DNA of 64,000 nt, taken from Octopus sinensis. Lineage: Eukaryota. Position 1 is the first letter of the stretch, and the number at the start of each line of letters is the position of its first letter. Below are positions 36,422-51,400 of this stretch, piece after piece. The notes under the pieces were generated by a model. That model saw nothing but the letters and a program-made list of their open reading frames with translations. It ran no database searches and was not told where the DNA came from. Position numbers and translations under genes: made by a program. The stretch covers positions 164,052,001-164,116,000 of the forward strand of contig NC_043000.1 in the NCBI RefSeq assembly GCF_006345805.1, written 5' to 3'.

Positions 36422-39400
36422 TTACGATTCTGCAATTTAAACTCCCAATTCAACTTACTTTCTTCTTCAATTTCAACTCTCGATCGATGCCCGCAGCAAG
36501 TTCTTAAAAATTATCTTACTATTTTTATTCGTTGTTACTACGTTTATTCATACATTGTTACGAAAATTTAACCTTTTAGGCTACTTTCAAGCCTTCGCCA
36601 TAACTTGATTTATCTTTCCTATCTCTCTCTCTACAAATTTAACCTTAGGCTACCTCAAGCCGTAATCCCATCTCTTCCCATCTTTCCGCCATTGGCGGTC
36701 TTTTTCTCCCTTTCTTCTTCTTAAGCTAAAACTTGAAAATCGCCATTACCATTACGATTCTGCAATTTAAATTCCCAATTCAACTTACTTTCTTCTTCAA
36801 TTTCAACTCTCGATCGATGCCCGCAGCAAGTTCTTAAAAATTTATCTTACTATTTTTATTCGTTGTTACTACGTTTATTCATACATTGTTACGAAAATTT
36901 AACCTTTTAGGCTACTTTCAAGCCTTCGCCATAACTTGATTTATCTTTCCTATCTCTCTCTCTACAAAATTTAACCTTAGGCTACCTCAAGCCGTAATCC
37001 CATCTCTTCCCATCTTTCCGCCATTGGCGGTCTTTTTCTCCTCTTCTTCTTCTTAAGCTAAAACTTGAAAATCGCCATTACCATTACGATTCTGCAATTT
37101 AAATTCCCAATTCACTTACTTTCTTCTTCAATTTCAACTCTCGATCGATGCCCGCAGCAAGTTCTTAAAATTTATCTTACTATTTTTATTCGTTGTTACT
37201 ACGTTTATTCATACATTGTTACGAAAATTTAACCTTTTAGGCTACTTTCAAGCCTTCGCCATAACTTGATTTATCTTTCCTATCTCTCTCTCTACAAAAT
37301 TTAACCTTAGGCTACCTCAAGCCGTAATCCCATCTCTTCCATCTCATCTTCCGCCATTGGCGGTCTTTTCCTCCTCTTCTTCTTCTTAAGCTAAAACTTG
37401 AAAATCGCCATTACCATTACGATTCTGCAATTTAAATTCCCAATTCAACTTACTTTCTTCTTCAATTTCAACTCTCGATCGATGCCCGCAGCAAGTTCTT
37501 AAAATTTATCTTACTATTTTATTCGTTGTTACTACGTTTATTCATACATTGTTACGAAAATTTAACCTTTTAGGCTACTTTCAAGCCTTCGCCATAACTT
37601 GATTTATCTTTCCTATCTCTCTCTCTACAAAATTTAACCTTAGGCTACCTCAAGCCGTAATCCCATCTCTTCCCATCTTTCCGCCATTGGCGGTCTTTTT
37701 CCTCCTCTTCTTCTTCTTAGCTAAAACTTGAAAATCGCCATTACCATTACGATTCTGCAATTTAAATTCCCAATTCAACTTACTTTCTTCTTCAATTTCA
37801 ACTCTCGATCGATGCCCGCAGCAAGTTCTTAAAAATTTATCTTACTATTTTTATTCGTTGTTACTACGTTTATTCATACATTGTTACGAAAATTTAAATA
37901 ACCTTTTAGGCTACTTTCAAGCCTTCGCCATAACTTGATTTATCTTTCCTATCTCTCTCTCTACAAAATTTAACCTTAGGCTACCTCAAGCCGTAATCCC
38001 CCCATCTTTCCATCTTTCCGCCATTGGCGGTCTTTTTCCTCCTCTCTTCTCTCTTAAGCTAAAACTTGAAAATCGCCATTACCATTACGATTCTGCAATT
38101 TAAATTCCCAATTCAACTTACTTTCTCTTCTTCAATTTCAACTCTCGATCGATGCCCGCAGCAAGTTCTTAAAATTTATCTTACTATTTTTATTCGTTGT
38201 TACTACGTTTATTCATACATTGTTACGAAAATTTAACCTTTTAGGCTACTTTCAAGCCTTCGCCATAACTTGATTTATCTTTCCTATCTCTCTCTCTACA
38301 AAATTTAACCTTAGGCTACCTCAAGCCGTAATCCCTCTTCCGCCATTGGCGTCTTTTCCTCCTCTTCTTCTTCTCTTCTTAAGCTAAAACTTGAAAATCG
38401 CCATTACCATTACGATTCTGCAATTTAAATTCCCATTCAACTTACTTTCTTCTTCAATTTCAACTCTCGATCGATGCCCGCAGCAAGTTCTTAAAAATTT
38501 ATCTTACTATTTTTATTCGTTGTTACTACGTTTATTCATACATTGTTACGAAAATTTAACCTTTTAGGCTACTTTCAAGCCTTCGCCATAACTTGATTTA
38601 TCTTTCCTATCTCTCTCTCTACAAAATTTAACCTTAGGCTACCTCAAGCCGTAATCCCATCTCTTCCCATCTTTCCGCCATTGGCGGTCTTTTTCCTCCT
38701 CTTCTTCTTCTTAAGCTAAAACTTGAAAATCGCCATTACCATTACGATTCTGCAATTTAAATTCCCATTCAACTTACTTTCTTCTTCAATTTCAACTCTC
38801 GATCGATGCCCGCAGCAAGTTCTTAAAAATTTATCTTACTATTTTTATTCGTTGTTACTACTACGTTTATTCATACATTGTTACGAAAATTTAACCTTTT
38901 AGGCTACTTTCAAGCCTTCGCCATAACTTGATTTATCTTTCCTATCTCTCTCTCTACAAAATTTAACCTTAGGCTACCTCAAGCCGTAATCCCATCTCTT
39001 CCCATCTTTCCGCCATTGGCGGTCTTTTTCCTCCTCTTCTTCTTCTTAAGCTAAAACTTGAAAATCGCCATTACCATTACGATTCTGCAATTTAAATTCC
39101 CAATTCAACTTACTTTCTTCTTCAATTTCAACTCTCGATCGATGCCCGCAGCAAGTTCTTAAAAATTTATCTTACTATTTTTATTCGTTGTTACTACGTT
39201 TATTCATACATTGTTACGAAAATTTAACCTTTTAGGCTACTTTCAAGCCTTCGCCATAACTTGATTTATCTTTCCTATCTCTCTCTCTACAAAATTTAAC
39301 CTTAGGCTACCTCAAGCCGTAATCCCATCTCTTCCCATCTTTCCGCCATTGGCGGTCTTTTCCTCCTCTTCTTCTTCTAAGCTAAAACTTGAAAATCGCC

Positions 39401-42400
39401 ATTACCATTACGATTCTGCAATTTAAATTCCCAATTCAACTTACTTTCTTCTTCAATTTCAACTCTCGATCGATGCCCGCAGCAAGTTCTTAAAAATTTA
39501 TCTTACTATTTTTATTCGTTGTTACTACGTTTATTCATACATTGTTACGAAAATTTAAACTTTTAGGCTACTTTCAAGCCTTCGCCATAACTTGATTTAT
39601 CTTTCCTATCTCTCTCTCTACAAAATTTAACCTTAGGCTACCTCAAGCCGTAATCCCATCTCTTCCCATCTTTCCGCCATTGGCGGTCTTTTTCCTCCTC
39701 TTCTTCTTCTTAAGCTAAAACTTGAAAATCGCCATTACCATTACGATTCTGCAATTTAAATTCCCAATTCAACTTACTTTCTTCTTCAATTTCAACTCTC
39801 GATCGATGCCCGCAGCAAGTTCTTAAAAATTTATCTTACTATTTTTATTCGTTGTTACTATTACTACGTTTATTCATACATTGTTACGAAAAAATTTTTT
39901 AGGCTACTTTCAAGCCTTCGCCATAACTTGATTTATCTTTCCTATCTCTCTCTCTACAAAATTTAACCTTAGGCTACCTCAAGCCGTAATCCCATCTCTT
40001 CCCATCTTTCCGCCATTGGCGGTCTTTTTCCTCCTCTTCTTCTTCTTAAGCTAAAACTTGAAAATCGCCATTACCATTACGATTCTGCAATTTAAATTCC
40101 CAATTCAACTTACTTTCTTCTTCAATTTCAACTCTCGATCGATGCCCGCAGCAAGTTCTTAAAAATTTATCTTACTATTTTTATTCGTTGTTACTACGTT
40201 TATTCATACATTGTTACGAAAATTTAACCTTTTAGGCTACTTTCAAGCCTTCGCCATAACTTGATTTATCTTTCCTATCTCTCTCTCTACAAAATTTAAC
40301 CTTAGGCTACCTCAAGCCGTAATCCCATCTCTTCCCATCTTTCCGCCATTGGCGGTCTTTTTCCTCCTCTTCTTCTTCTTAAGCTAAAACTTGAAAATCG
40401 CCATTACCATTACGATTCTGCAATTTAAATTCCCAATTCAACTTACTTTCTTCTTCAATTTCAACTCTCGATCGATGCCCGCAGCAAGTTCTTAAAAATT
40501 TATCTTACTATTTTTATTCGTTGTTACTACGTTTATTCATACATTGTTACGAAAATTTAACCTTTTAGGCTACTTTCAAGCCTTCGCCATAACTTGATTT
40601 ATCTTTCCTATCTCTCTCTCTACAAAATTTAACCTTAGGCTACCTCAAGCCGTAATCCCATCTCTTCCCATCTTTCCGCCATTGGCGGTCTTTTTCCTCC
40701 TCTTCTTCTTCTTCTTAAGCTAAAACTTGAAAATCGCCATTACCATTACGATTCTGCAATTTAAATTCCCAATTCAACTTACTTTCTTCTTCAATTTCAA
40801 CTCTCGATCGATGCCCGCAGCAAGTTCTTAAAAATTATCTTACTATTTTTATTCGTTGTTACTACGTTTATTCATACATTGTTACGAAAATTTAACCTTT
40901 TAGGCTACTTTCAAGCCTTCGCCATAACTTGATTTATCTTTCCTATCTCTCTCTCTACAAATTTAACCTTAGGCTACCTCAAGCCGTAATCCCATCTCTT
41001 CCCATCTTTCCGCCATTGGCGGTCTTTTTCCTCCTCTTCTTCTTCTTAAGCTAAAACTTGAAAATCGCCATTACCATTACGATTCTGCAATTTAAATTCC
41101 CAATTCAACTTACTTTCTTCTTCAATTTCAACTCTCGATCGATGCCCGCAGCAAGTTCTTAAAAATTTATCTTACTATTTTTATTCGTTGTTACTACGTT
41201 TATTCATACATTGTTACGAAAATTTAACCTTTTAGGCTACTTTCAAGCCTTCGCCATAACTTGATTTATCTTTCCTATCTCTCTCTCTACAAAATTAACC
41301 TTAGGCTACCTCAAGCCGTAATCCCATCTCTTCCCATCTTTCCGCCATTGGCGGTCTTTTTCCTCCTCTTCTTCTTCTTAAGCTAAAACTTGAAAATCGC
41401 CCATACCATTACGATTCTGCAATTTAAATTCCCAATTCAACTTACTTTCTTCTTCAATTTCAACTCTCGATCGATGCCCGCAGCAAGTTCTTAAAAATTT
41501 ATCTTACTATTTTTATTCGTTGTTACTACGTTTATTCATACATTGTTACGAAAATTTAACCTTTTAGGCTACTTTCAAGCCTTCGCCATAACTTGATTTA
41601 TCTTTCCTATCTCTCTCTCTACAAAATTTAACCTTAGGCTACCTCAAGCCGTAATCCCATCTCTTCCCATCTTTCCGCCATTGGCGGTCTTTTTCCTCCT
41701 CTTCTTCTTCTTAAGCTAAAACTTGAAAATCGCCATTACCATTACGATTCTGCAATTTAAATTCCCAATTCAACTTACTTTCTTCTTCAATTTCAACTCT
41801 CGATCGATGCCCGCAGCAAGTTCTTAAAAATTTATCTTACTATTTTTATTCGTTGTTACTACGTTTATTCATACATTGTTACGAAAATTTAAACTTTTAG
41901 GCTACTTTCAAGCCTTCGCCATAACTTGATTTATCTTTCCTATCTCTCTCTCTACAAAATTTAACCTTAGGCTACCTCAAGCCGTAATCCCATCTCTTCC
42001 CATCTTTCCGCCATTGGCGGTCTTTTTCCTCCTCTTCTTCTTCTTAAGCTAAAACTTGAAAATCGCCATTACCATTACGATTCTGCAATTTAAATTCCCA
42101 ATTCAACTTACTTTCTTCTTCAATTTCAACTCTCGATCGATGCCCGCAGCAAGTTCTTAAAAATTATCTTACTATTTTTATTCGTTGTTACTACGTTTAT
42201 TCATACATTGTTACGAAAATTTAACCTTTTAGGCTACTTTCAAGCCTTCGCCATAACTTGATTTATCTTTCCTATCTCTCTCTCTACAAAATTTAACCTT
42301 AGGCTACCTCAAGCCGTAATCCCATCTCTTCCCATCTTTCCGCCATTGGCGGTCTTTTTCCTCCTCTTCTTCTTCTTAGCTAAAACTTGAAAATCGCCAT

Positions 42401-45400
42401 TACCATTACGATTCTGCAATTTAAATTCCCAATTCAACTTACTTTCTTCTTCAATTTCAACTCTCGATCGATGCCCGCAGCAAGTTCTTAAAAATTTATC
42501 TTACTATTTTTATTCGTTGTTACTACGTTTATTCATACATTGTTACGAAAATTTAACCTTTTAGGCTACTTTCAAGCCTTCGCCATAACTTGATTTATCT
42601 TTCCTATCTCTCTCTCTACAAAATTTAACCTTAGGCTACCTCAAGCCGTAATCCCATCTCTTCCCATCTTTCCGCCATTGGCGGTCTTTTCCTCCTCTTC
42701 TTCTTCTTAAGCTAAAACTTGAAAATCGCCATTACCATTACGATTCTGCAATTTAAATTCCCAATTCAACTTACTTTCTTCTTCAATTTCAACTCTCGAT
42801 CGATGCCCGCAGCAAGTTCTTAAAAATTTATCTTACTATTTTTATTCGTTGTTACTACGTTTATTCATACATTGTTACGAAAATTTAACCTTTTAGGCTA
42901 CTTTCAAGCCTTCGCCATAACTTGATTTATCTTTCCTATCTCTCTCTCTACAAAATTTAACCTTAGGCTACCTCAAGCCGTAATCCCATCTCTTTTCTTT
43001 CCGCCATTGGCGGTCTTTTTCCTCCTCTTCTTCTTCTTATGCTAAAACTTGAAAATCGCCATTACCATTACGATTCTGCAATTTAAATTCCCAATTCAAC
43101 TTACTTTCTCTTCTTTCAATTCAACTCTCGATCGATGCCCAGCAAGTTCTTAAAATTTATCTTACTATTTTTATTCGTTGTTACTACGTTTATTCATACA
43201 TTGTTACGAAAATTTAACCTTTTAGGCTACTTTCAAGCCTTCGCCATAACTTGATTTATCTTTCCTATCTCTCTCTCTACAAAATTTAACCTTAGGCTAC
43301 CTCAAGCCGTAATCCCATCTCTTCCCATCTTTCCGCCATTGGCGGTCTTTTTCCTCCTCTTCTTCTTCTTAAGCTAAAACTTGAAAATCGCCATTACCAT
43401 TACGATTCTGCAATTTAAATTCCCAATTCAACTTACTTTCTTCTTCAATTTCAACTCTCGATCGATGCCCGCAGCAAGTTCTTAAAAATTTATCTTACTA
43501 TTTTTATTCGTTGTTACTACGTTTATTCATACATTGTTACGAAAATTTAACCTTTTAGGCTACTTTCAAGCCTTCGCCATAACTTGATTTATCTTTCCTA
43601 TCTCTCTCTCTACAAAATTTAACCTTAGGCTACCTCAAGCCGTAATCCCATCTCTTCCCATCTTTCCGCCATTGGCGGTCTTTTCCTCCTCTTCTTCTTC
43701 TTAAGCTAAAACTTGAAAATCGCCATTACCATTACGATTCTGCAATTTAAATTCCCAATTCAACTTACTTTCTTCTTCAATTTCAACTCTCGATCGATGC
43801 CCGCAGCAAGTTCTTAAAAATTTATCTTACTATTTTTATTCGTTGTTACTACGTTTTTTATTCATACATTGTACGAAAATTTAACCTTTTAGGCTACTTT
43901 CACAAGCCTTCGCCATAACTTGATTTATCTTTCCTATCTCTCTCTCTACAAAATTTAACCTTAGGCTACCTCAAGCCGTAATCCCATCTCTTCCCATCTT
44001 TCCGCCATTGGCGGTCTTTTTCCTCCTCTTCTTCTTCTTAAGCTAAAACTTGAAAATCGCCATTACCATTACGATTCTGCAATTTAAATTCCCAATTCAA
44101 CTTACTTTCTTCTTCAATTTCAACTCTCGATCGATGCCCGCAGCAAGTTCTTAAAAATTTATCTTACTATTTTTATTCGTTGTTACTACGTTTATTCATA
44201 CATTGTTACGAAAATTTAACCTTTTAGGCTACTTTCAAGCCTTCGCCATAACTTGATTTATCTTTCCTATCTCTCTCTCTACAAAATTTAACCTTAGGCT
44301 ACCTCAAGCCGTAATCCCATCTCTTCCCATCTTTCCGCCATTGGCGGTCTTTTTCCTCCTCTTCTTCTTCTTAAGCTAAAACTTGAAAATCGCCATTACC
44401 ATTACGATTCTGCAATTTAAATTCCCATTCAACTTACTTTCTTCTTCTTCTTCATTTCAACTCTCGATCGATGCCCGCAGCAAGTTCTTAAAAATTTATC
44501 TTACTATTTTTATTCGTTGTTACTACGTTTATTCATACATTGTTACGAAAATTTAACCTTTTAGGCTACTTTCAAGCCTTCGCCATAACTTGATTTATCT
44601 TTCCTATCTCTCTCTCTACAAAATTTAACCTTAGGCTACCTCAAGCCGTAATCCCATCTCTTCCCATCTTTTCCGCATTGGCGGTCTTTTTCCTCCTCTT
44701 CTTCTTCTTAAGCTAAAACTTGAAAATCGCCATTACCATTACGATTCTGCAATTTAAATTCCCAATTCAACTTACTTTCTTCTTCAATTTCAACTCTCGA
44801 TCGATGCCCGCAGCAAGTTCTTAAAAATTTATCTTACTATTTTTATTCGTTGTTACTACGTTTATTCATACATTGTTACGAAAATTTAACCTTTTAGGCT
44901 ACTTTCAAGCCTTCGCCATAACTTGATTTATCTTTCCTATCTCTCTCTCTACAAAATTTACCTTAGGCTCCTCAAGCCGTAATCCCATCTCTTCCCATCT
45001 TTCCGCCATTGGCGGTCTTTTTCCTCCTCTTCTTCTTCTTAAGCTAAAACTTGAAAATCGCCATTACCATTACGATTCTGCAATTTAAATTCCCAATTCA
45101 ACTTACTTTCTTCTTCAATTTCAACTCTCGATCGATGCCCGCAGCAAGTTCTTAAAAATTTATCTTACTATTTTTATTCGTTGTTACTACGTTTATTCAT
45201 ACATTGTTACGAAAATTTAACCTTTTAGGCTACTTTCAAGCCTTCGCCATAACTTGATTTATCTTATCTTTCCTATCTCTCTCTCTACAAAATTTAACCT
45301 TAGGCTACCTCAAGCCGTAATCCCATCTCTTCCCATCTTTCCGCCATTGGCGGTCTTTTTCCTCCTCTTCTTCTTCTTAAGCTAAAACTTGAAAATCGCC

Positions 45401-48400
45401 ATTACCATTACGATTCTGCAATTTAAATTCCCAATTCAACTTACTTTCTTCTTCAATTTCAACTCTCGATCGATGCCCGCAGCAAGTTCTTAAAAATTTA
45501 TCTTACTATTTTTATTCGTTGTTACTACGTTTATTCATACATTGTTACGAAAATTTAACCTTTTAGGCTACTTTCAAGCCTTCGCCATAACTTGATTTAT
45601 CTTTCCTATCTCTCTCTCTACAAAATTTAACCTTAGGCTACCTCAAGCCGTAATCCCATCTCTTCCCATCTTTCCGCCATTGGCGGTCTTTTTCCTCCTC
45701 TTCTTCTTCTTAAGCTAAAACTTGAAAATCGCCATTACCATTACGATTCTGCAATTTAAATTCCCAATTCAACTTACTTTCTTCTTCTTCAATTTCAACT
45801 CTCGATCGATGCCCGCAGCAAGTTCTTAAAAATTTATCTTACTATTTTTATTCGTTGTTACTACGTTTATTCATACATTGTTACGAAAATTTAACCTTTT
45901 AGGCTACTTTCAAGCCTTCGCCATAACTTGATTTATCTTTCCTATCTCTCTCTCTACAAAATTTAACCTTAGGCTACCTCAAGCCGTAATCCCATCTCTT
46001 CCCATCTTTCCGCCATTGGCGGTCTTTTTCCTCCTCTTCTTCTTCTTAAGCTAAAACTTGAAAATCGCCATTACCATTACGATTCTGCAATTTAAATTCC
46101 CAATTCAACTTACTTTCTTCTTCAATTTCAACTCTCGATCGATGCCGCGCAGCAAGTTCTTAAAAATTTATCTTACTATTTTTATTCGTTGTTACTACGT
46201 TTATTCATCATACATTGTTACGAAAATTTAACCTTTTAGGCTACTTTCAAGCCTTCGCCATAACTTGATTTATCTTTCCTATCTCTCTCTCTACAAAATT
46301 TAACCTTAGGCTACCTCAAGCCGTAATCCCATCTCTTCCCATCTTTCCGCCATTGGCGGTCTTTTTCCTCCTCTTCTTCTTCTTAAGCTAAAACTTGAAA
46401 ATCGCCATTACCATTACGATTCTGCAATTTAAATTCCCAATTCAACTTACTTTCTTCTTCAATTTCAACTCTCGATCGATGCCCGCAGCAAGTTCTTAAA
46501 AATTTATCTTACTATTTTTATTCGTTGTTACTACGTTTATTCATACATTGTTACGAAAATTTAACCTTTTAGGCTACTTTCAAGCCTTCGCCATAACTTG
46601 ATTTATCTTTCCTATCTCTCTCTCTACAAAATTTAACCTTAGGCTTCCTCAAGCCGTAATCCCATCTCTTCCCATCTTTCCGCCATTGGCGGTCTTTTTC
46701 CTCCTCTTCTTCTTCTTAAGCTAAAACTTGAAAATCGCCATTACCATTACGATTCTGCAATTTAAATTCCCAATTCAACTTACTTTCTTCTTCAATTTCA
46801 ACTCTCGATCGATGCCCGCAGCAAGTTCTTAAAAATTTATCTTACTATTTTTATTCGTTGTTACTACGTTTATTCATACATTGTTACGAAAATTTAACCT
46901 TTTAGGCTACTTTCAAGCCTTCGCCATAACTTGATTTATCTTTCCTATCTCTCTCTCTACAAAATTTAACCTTAGGCTACCTCAAGCCGTAATCCCATCT
47001 CTTCCCATCTTTCCGCCATTGGCGGTCTTTTTCCTCCTCTCTTCTTCTTAGCTAAAACTTGAAAATCGCCATTACCATTACGATTCTGCAATTTAAATTC
47101 CCAATTCAACTTACTTTCTTCTTCTTCTTCAATTTCAACTCTCGATCGATGCCCGCAGCAAGTTCTTAAAAATTTATCTTACTATTTTTATTCGTTGTTA
47201 CTACGTTTATTCATACATTGTTACGAAAATTTAACCTTTTAGGCTACTTTCAAGCCTTCGCCATAACTTGATTTATCTTTCCTATCTCTCTCTCTACAAA
47301 ATTTAACCTTAGGCTACCTCAAGCCGTAATCCCATCTCTTCCCATCTTTCCGCCTTTCGCCATTGGCGGTCTTTTTCCTCCTCTTCTTCTTCTTAAGCTA
47401 AAACTTGAAAATCGCCATTACCATTACGATTCTGCAATTTAAATTCCCAATTCAACTTACTTTCTTCTTCAATTTCAACTCTCGATCGATGCCCGCAGCA
47501 AGTTCTTAAAAATTTATCTTACTATTTTTATTCGTTGTTACTACGTTTATTCATACATTGTTACGAAAATTTAACCTTTTAGGCTACTTTCAAGCCTTCG
47601 CCATAACTTGATTTATCTTTCCTATCTCTCTCTCTACAAAATTTAACCTTAGGCTACCTCAAGCCGTAATCCCATCTCTTCCCATCTTTCCGCCATTGGC
47701 GGTCTTTTTCCTCCTCTTCTTCTTCTTAAGCTAAAACTTGAAAATCGCCATTACCATTACGATTCTGCAATTTAAATTCCCAATTCAACTTACTTTCTTC
47801 TTCAATTTCAACTCTCGATCGATGCCCGCAGCAAGTTCTTAAAAATTTATCTTACTATTTTTATTCGTTGTTACTACGTTTATTCATACATTGTTACGAA
47901 AATTTAACCTTTTAGGCTACTTTCAAGCCTTCGCCATAACTTGATTTATCTTTCCTATCTCTCTCTCTACAAAATTTAACCTTAGGCTACCTCAAGCCGT
48001 AATCCCATCTCTTCCCATCTTTCCGCCATTGGCGGTCTTTTTCCTCCTCTTCTTCTTCTTCTTAAGCTAAAACTTGAAAATCGCCATTACCATTACGATT
48101 CTGCAATTTAAATTCCCAATTCAACTTACTTTCTTCTTCAATTTCAACTCTCGATCGATGCCCGCAGCAAGTTCTTAAAATTTATCTTACTATTTTTATT
48201 CGTTGTTACTACGTTTATTCATACATTGTTACGAAAATTTAACCTTTTAGGCTACTTTCAAGCCTTCGCCATAACTTGATTTATCTTTCCTATCTCTCTC
48301 TCTACAAAATTTAACCTTAGGCTACCTCAAGCCGTAATCCCATCTCTTCCCATCTTTCCGCCATTGGCGGTCTTTTCCTCCTCCTCTTCTTCTTAAGCTA

Positions 48401-51400
48401 AAACTTGAAAATCGCCATTACCATTACGATTCTGCAATTTAAATTCCCAATTCAACTTACTTTCTTCTTCAATTTCAACTCTCGATCGATGCCCGCAGCA
48501 AGTTCTTAAAAATTTATCTTACTATTTTTATTCGTTGTTACTACGTTTATTCATACATTGTTACGAAAATTTAACCTTTTAGGCTACTTTCAAGCCTTCG
48601 CCATAACTTGATTTATCTTTCCTATCTCTCTCTCTACAAAATTTAACCTTAGGCTACCTCAAGCCGTAATCCCATCTCTTCCCATCTTTCCGCCATTGGC
48701 GGTCTTTTTCCTCCTCTTCTTCTTCTTAAGCTAAAACTTGAAAATCGCCATTACCATTACGATTCTGCAATTTAAATTCCCAATTCAACTTACTTTCTTC
48801 TTCAATTTCAACTCTCGATCGATGCCCGCAGCAAGTTCTTAAAAATTTATCTTACTATTTTTATTCGTTGTTACTACGTTTATTCATACATTGTTACGAA
48901 AATTTAACCTTTTAGGCTACTTTCAAGCCTTCGCCATAACTTGATTTATCTTTCCTATCTCTCTCTCTACAAAATTTAACCTTAGGCTACCTCAAGCCGT
49001 AATCCCATCTCTTCCCATCTTTCCGCCATTGGCGGTCTTTTTCCTCCTCTTCTTCTTCTTAAGCTAAAACTTGAAAATCGCCATTACCATTACGATTCTG
49101 CAATTTAAATTCCCAATTCAACTTACTTTCTTCTTCAATTTCAACTCTCGATCGATGCCCGCAGCAAGTTCTTAAAAATTTATCTTACTATTTTTATTCG
49201 TTGTTACTACGTTTATTCATACATTGTTACGAAAATTTAACCTTTTAGGCTACTTTCAAGCCTTCGCCATAACTTGATTTATCTTTCCTATCTCTCTCTC
49301 TACAAAATTTAACCTTAGGCTACCTCAAGCCGTAATCCCATCTCTTCCCATCTTTCCGCCATTGGCGGTCTTTTTCCTCCTCTTCTTCTTCTTAAGCTAA
49401 AACTTGAAAATCGCCATTACCATTACGATTCTGCAATTTAAATTCCCAATTCAACTTACTTTCTTCTTCTTCTTCAATTTCACTCTCGATCGATGCCCGC
49501 AGCAAGTTCTTAAAAATTTATCTTACTATTTTTATTCGTTGTTACTACGTTTATTCATACATTGTTACGAAAATTTAACCTTTTAGGCTACTTTCAAGCC
49601 TTCGCCATAACTTGATTTATCTTTCCTATCTCTCTCTCTACAAAATTTAACCTTAGGCTACCTCAAGCCGTAATCCCATCTCTTCCCATCTTTCCGCCAT
49701 TGGCGGTCTTTTTCCTCCTCTTCTTCTTCTTAAGCTAAAACTTGAAAATCGCCATTACCATTACGATTCTGCAATTTAAATTCCCAATTCAACTTACTTT
49801 CTTCTTCAATTTCAACTCTTGATCGATGCCCGCAGCAAGTTCTTAAAATTTATCTTACTATTTTTATTCGTTGTTACTACGTTTATTCATACATTGTTAC
49901 GAAAATTTAACCTTTTAGGCTACTTTCAAGCCTTCGCCATAACTTGATTTATTTCCTATCTCTCTCTCTACAAAATTTAACCTTAGGCTACCTCAAGCCG
50001 TAATCCCATCTCTTCCCATCTTTCCGCCATTGGCGGTCTTTTTCCTCCTCTTCTTCTTCTTAAGCTAAAACTTGAAAATCGCCATTACCATTACGATTCT
50101 GCAATTTAAATTCCCAATTCAACTTACTTTCTTCTTCAATTTCAACTCTCGATCGATGCCCGCAGCAAGTTCTTAAAAATTTATCTTACTATTTTTATTC
50201 GTTGTTACTACGTTTATTCATACATTGTTACGAAAATTTAACCTTTTAGGCTACTTTCAAGCCTTCGCCATAACTTGATTTATCTTTCCTATCTCTCTCT
50301 CTACAAAATTTAACCTTAGGCTACCTCAAGCCGTAATCCCATCTCTTCCCATCTTTCCGCCATTGGCGGTCTTTTTCCTCCTCTTCTTCTTCTTAAGCTA
50401 AAACTTGAAAATCGCCATTACCATTACGATTCTGCAATTTAAATTCCCAATTCAACTTACTTTCTTCTTCAATTTCAACTCTCGATCGATGCCCGCAGCA
50501 AGTTCTTAAAAATTTATCTTACTATTTTTATTCGTTGTTACTACGTTTATTCATACATTGTTACGAAAATTTAACCTTTTAGGCTACTTTCAAGCCTTCG
50601 CCATAACTTGATTTATCTTTCCTATCTCTCTCTCTACAAAATTTAACCTTAGGCTACCTCAAGCCGTAATCCCATCTCTTCCCATCTTTCCGCCATTGGC
50701 GGTCTTTTTCCTCCTCTTCTTCTTCTTAAGCTAAAACTTGAAAATCGCCATTACCATTACGATTCTGCAATTTAAATTCCCAATTCAACTTACTTTCTTC
50801 TTCAATTTCAACTCTCGATCGATGCCCGCAGCAAGTTCTTAAAAATTTATCTTACTATTTTTATTCGTTGTTACTACGTTTATTCATACATTGTTACGAA
50901 AATTTAACCTTTTAGGCTACTTTCAAGCCTTCGCCATAACTTGATTTATCTTTCCTATCTCTCTCTCTACAAAATTTAACCTTAGGCTACCTCAAGCCGT
51001 AATCCCATCTCTTCCCTCTTTCTTTCCGCCATTGGCGGTCTTTTTCCTCCTCTTCTTCTTCTTAAGCTAAAACTTGAAAATCGCCATTACCATTACGATT
51101 CTGCAATTTAAATTCCCAATTCAACTTACTTTCTTCTTCAATTTCAACTCTCGATCGATGCCCGCAGCAAGTTCTTAAAAATTTATCTTACTATTTTTAT
51201 TCGTTGTTACTACGTTTATTCATACATTGTTACGAAAATTTAACCTTTTAGGCTACTTTCAAGCCTTCGCCATAACTTGATTTATTTCCTATCTCTCTCT
51301 CTACAAAATTTAACCTTAGGCTACCTCAAGCCGTAATCCCATCTCTTCCCATCTTTCCGCCATTGGCGGTCTTTTTCTCCTCTTCTTCTTCTTAAGCTAA

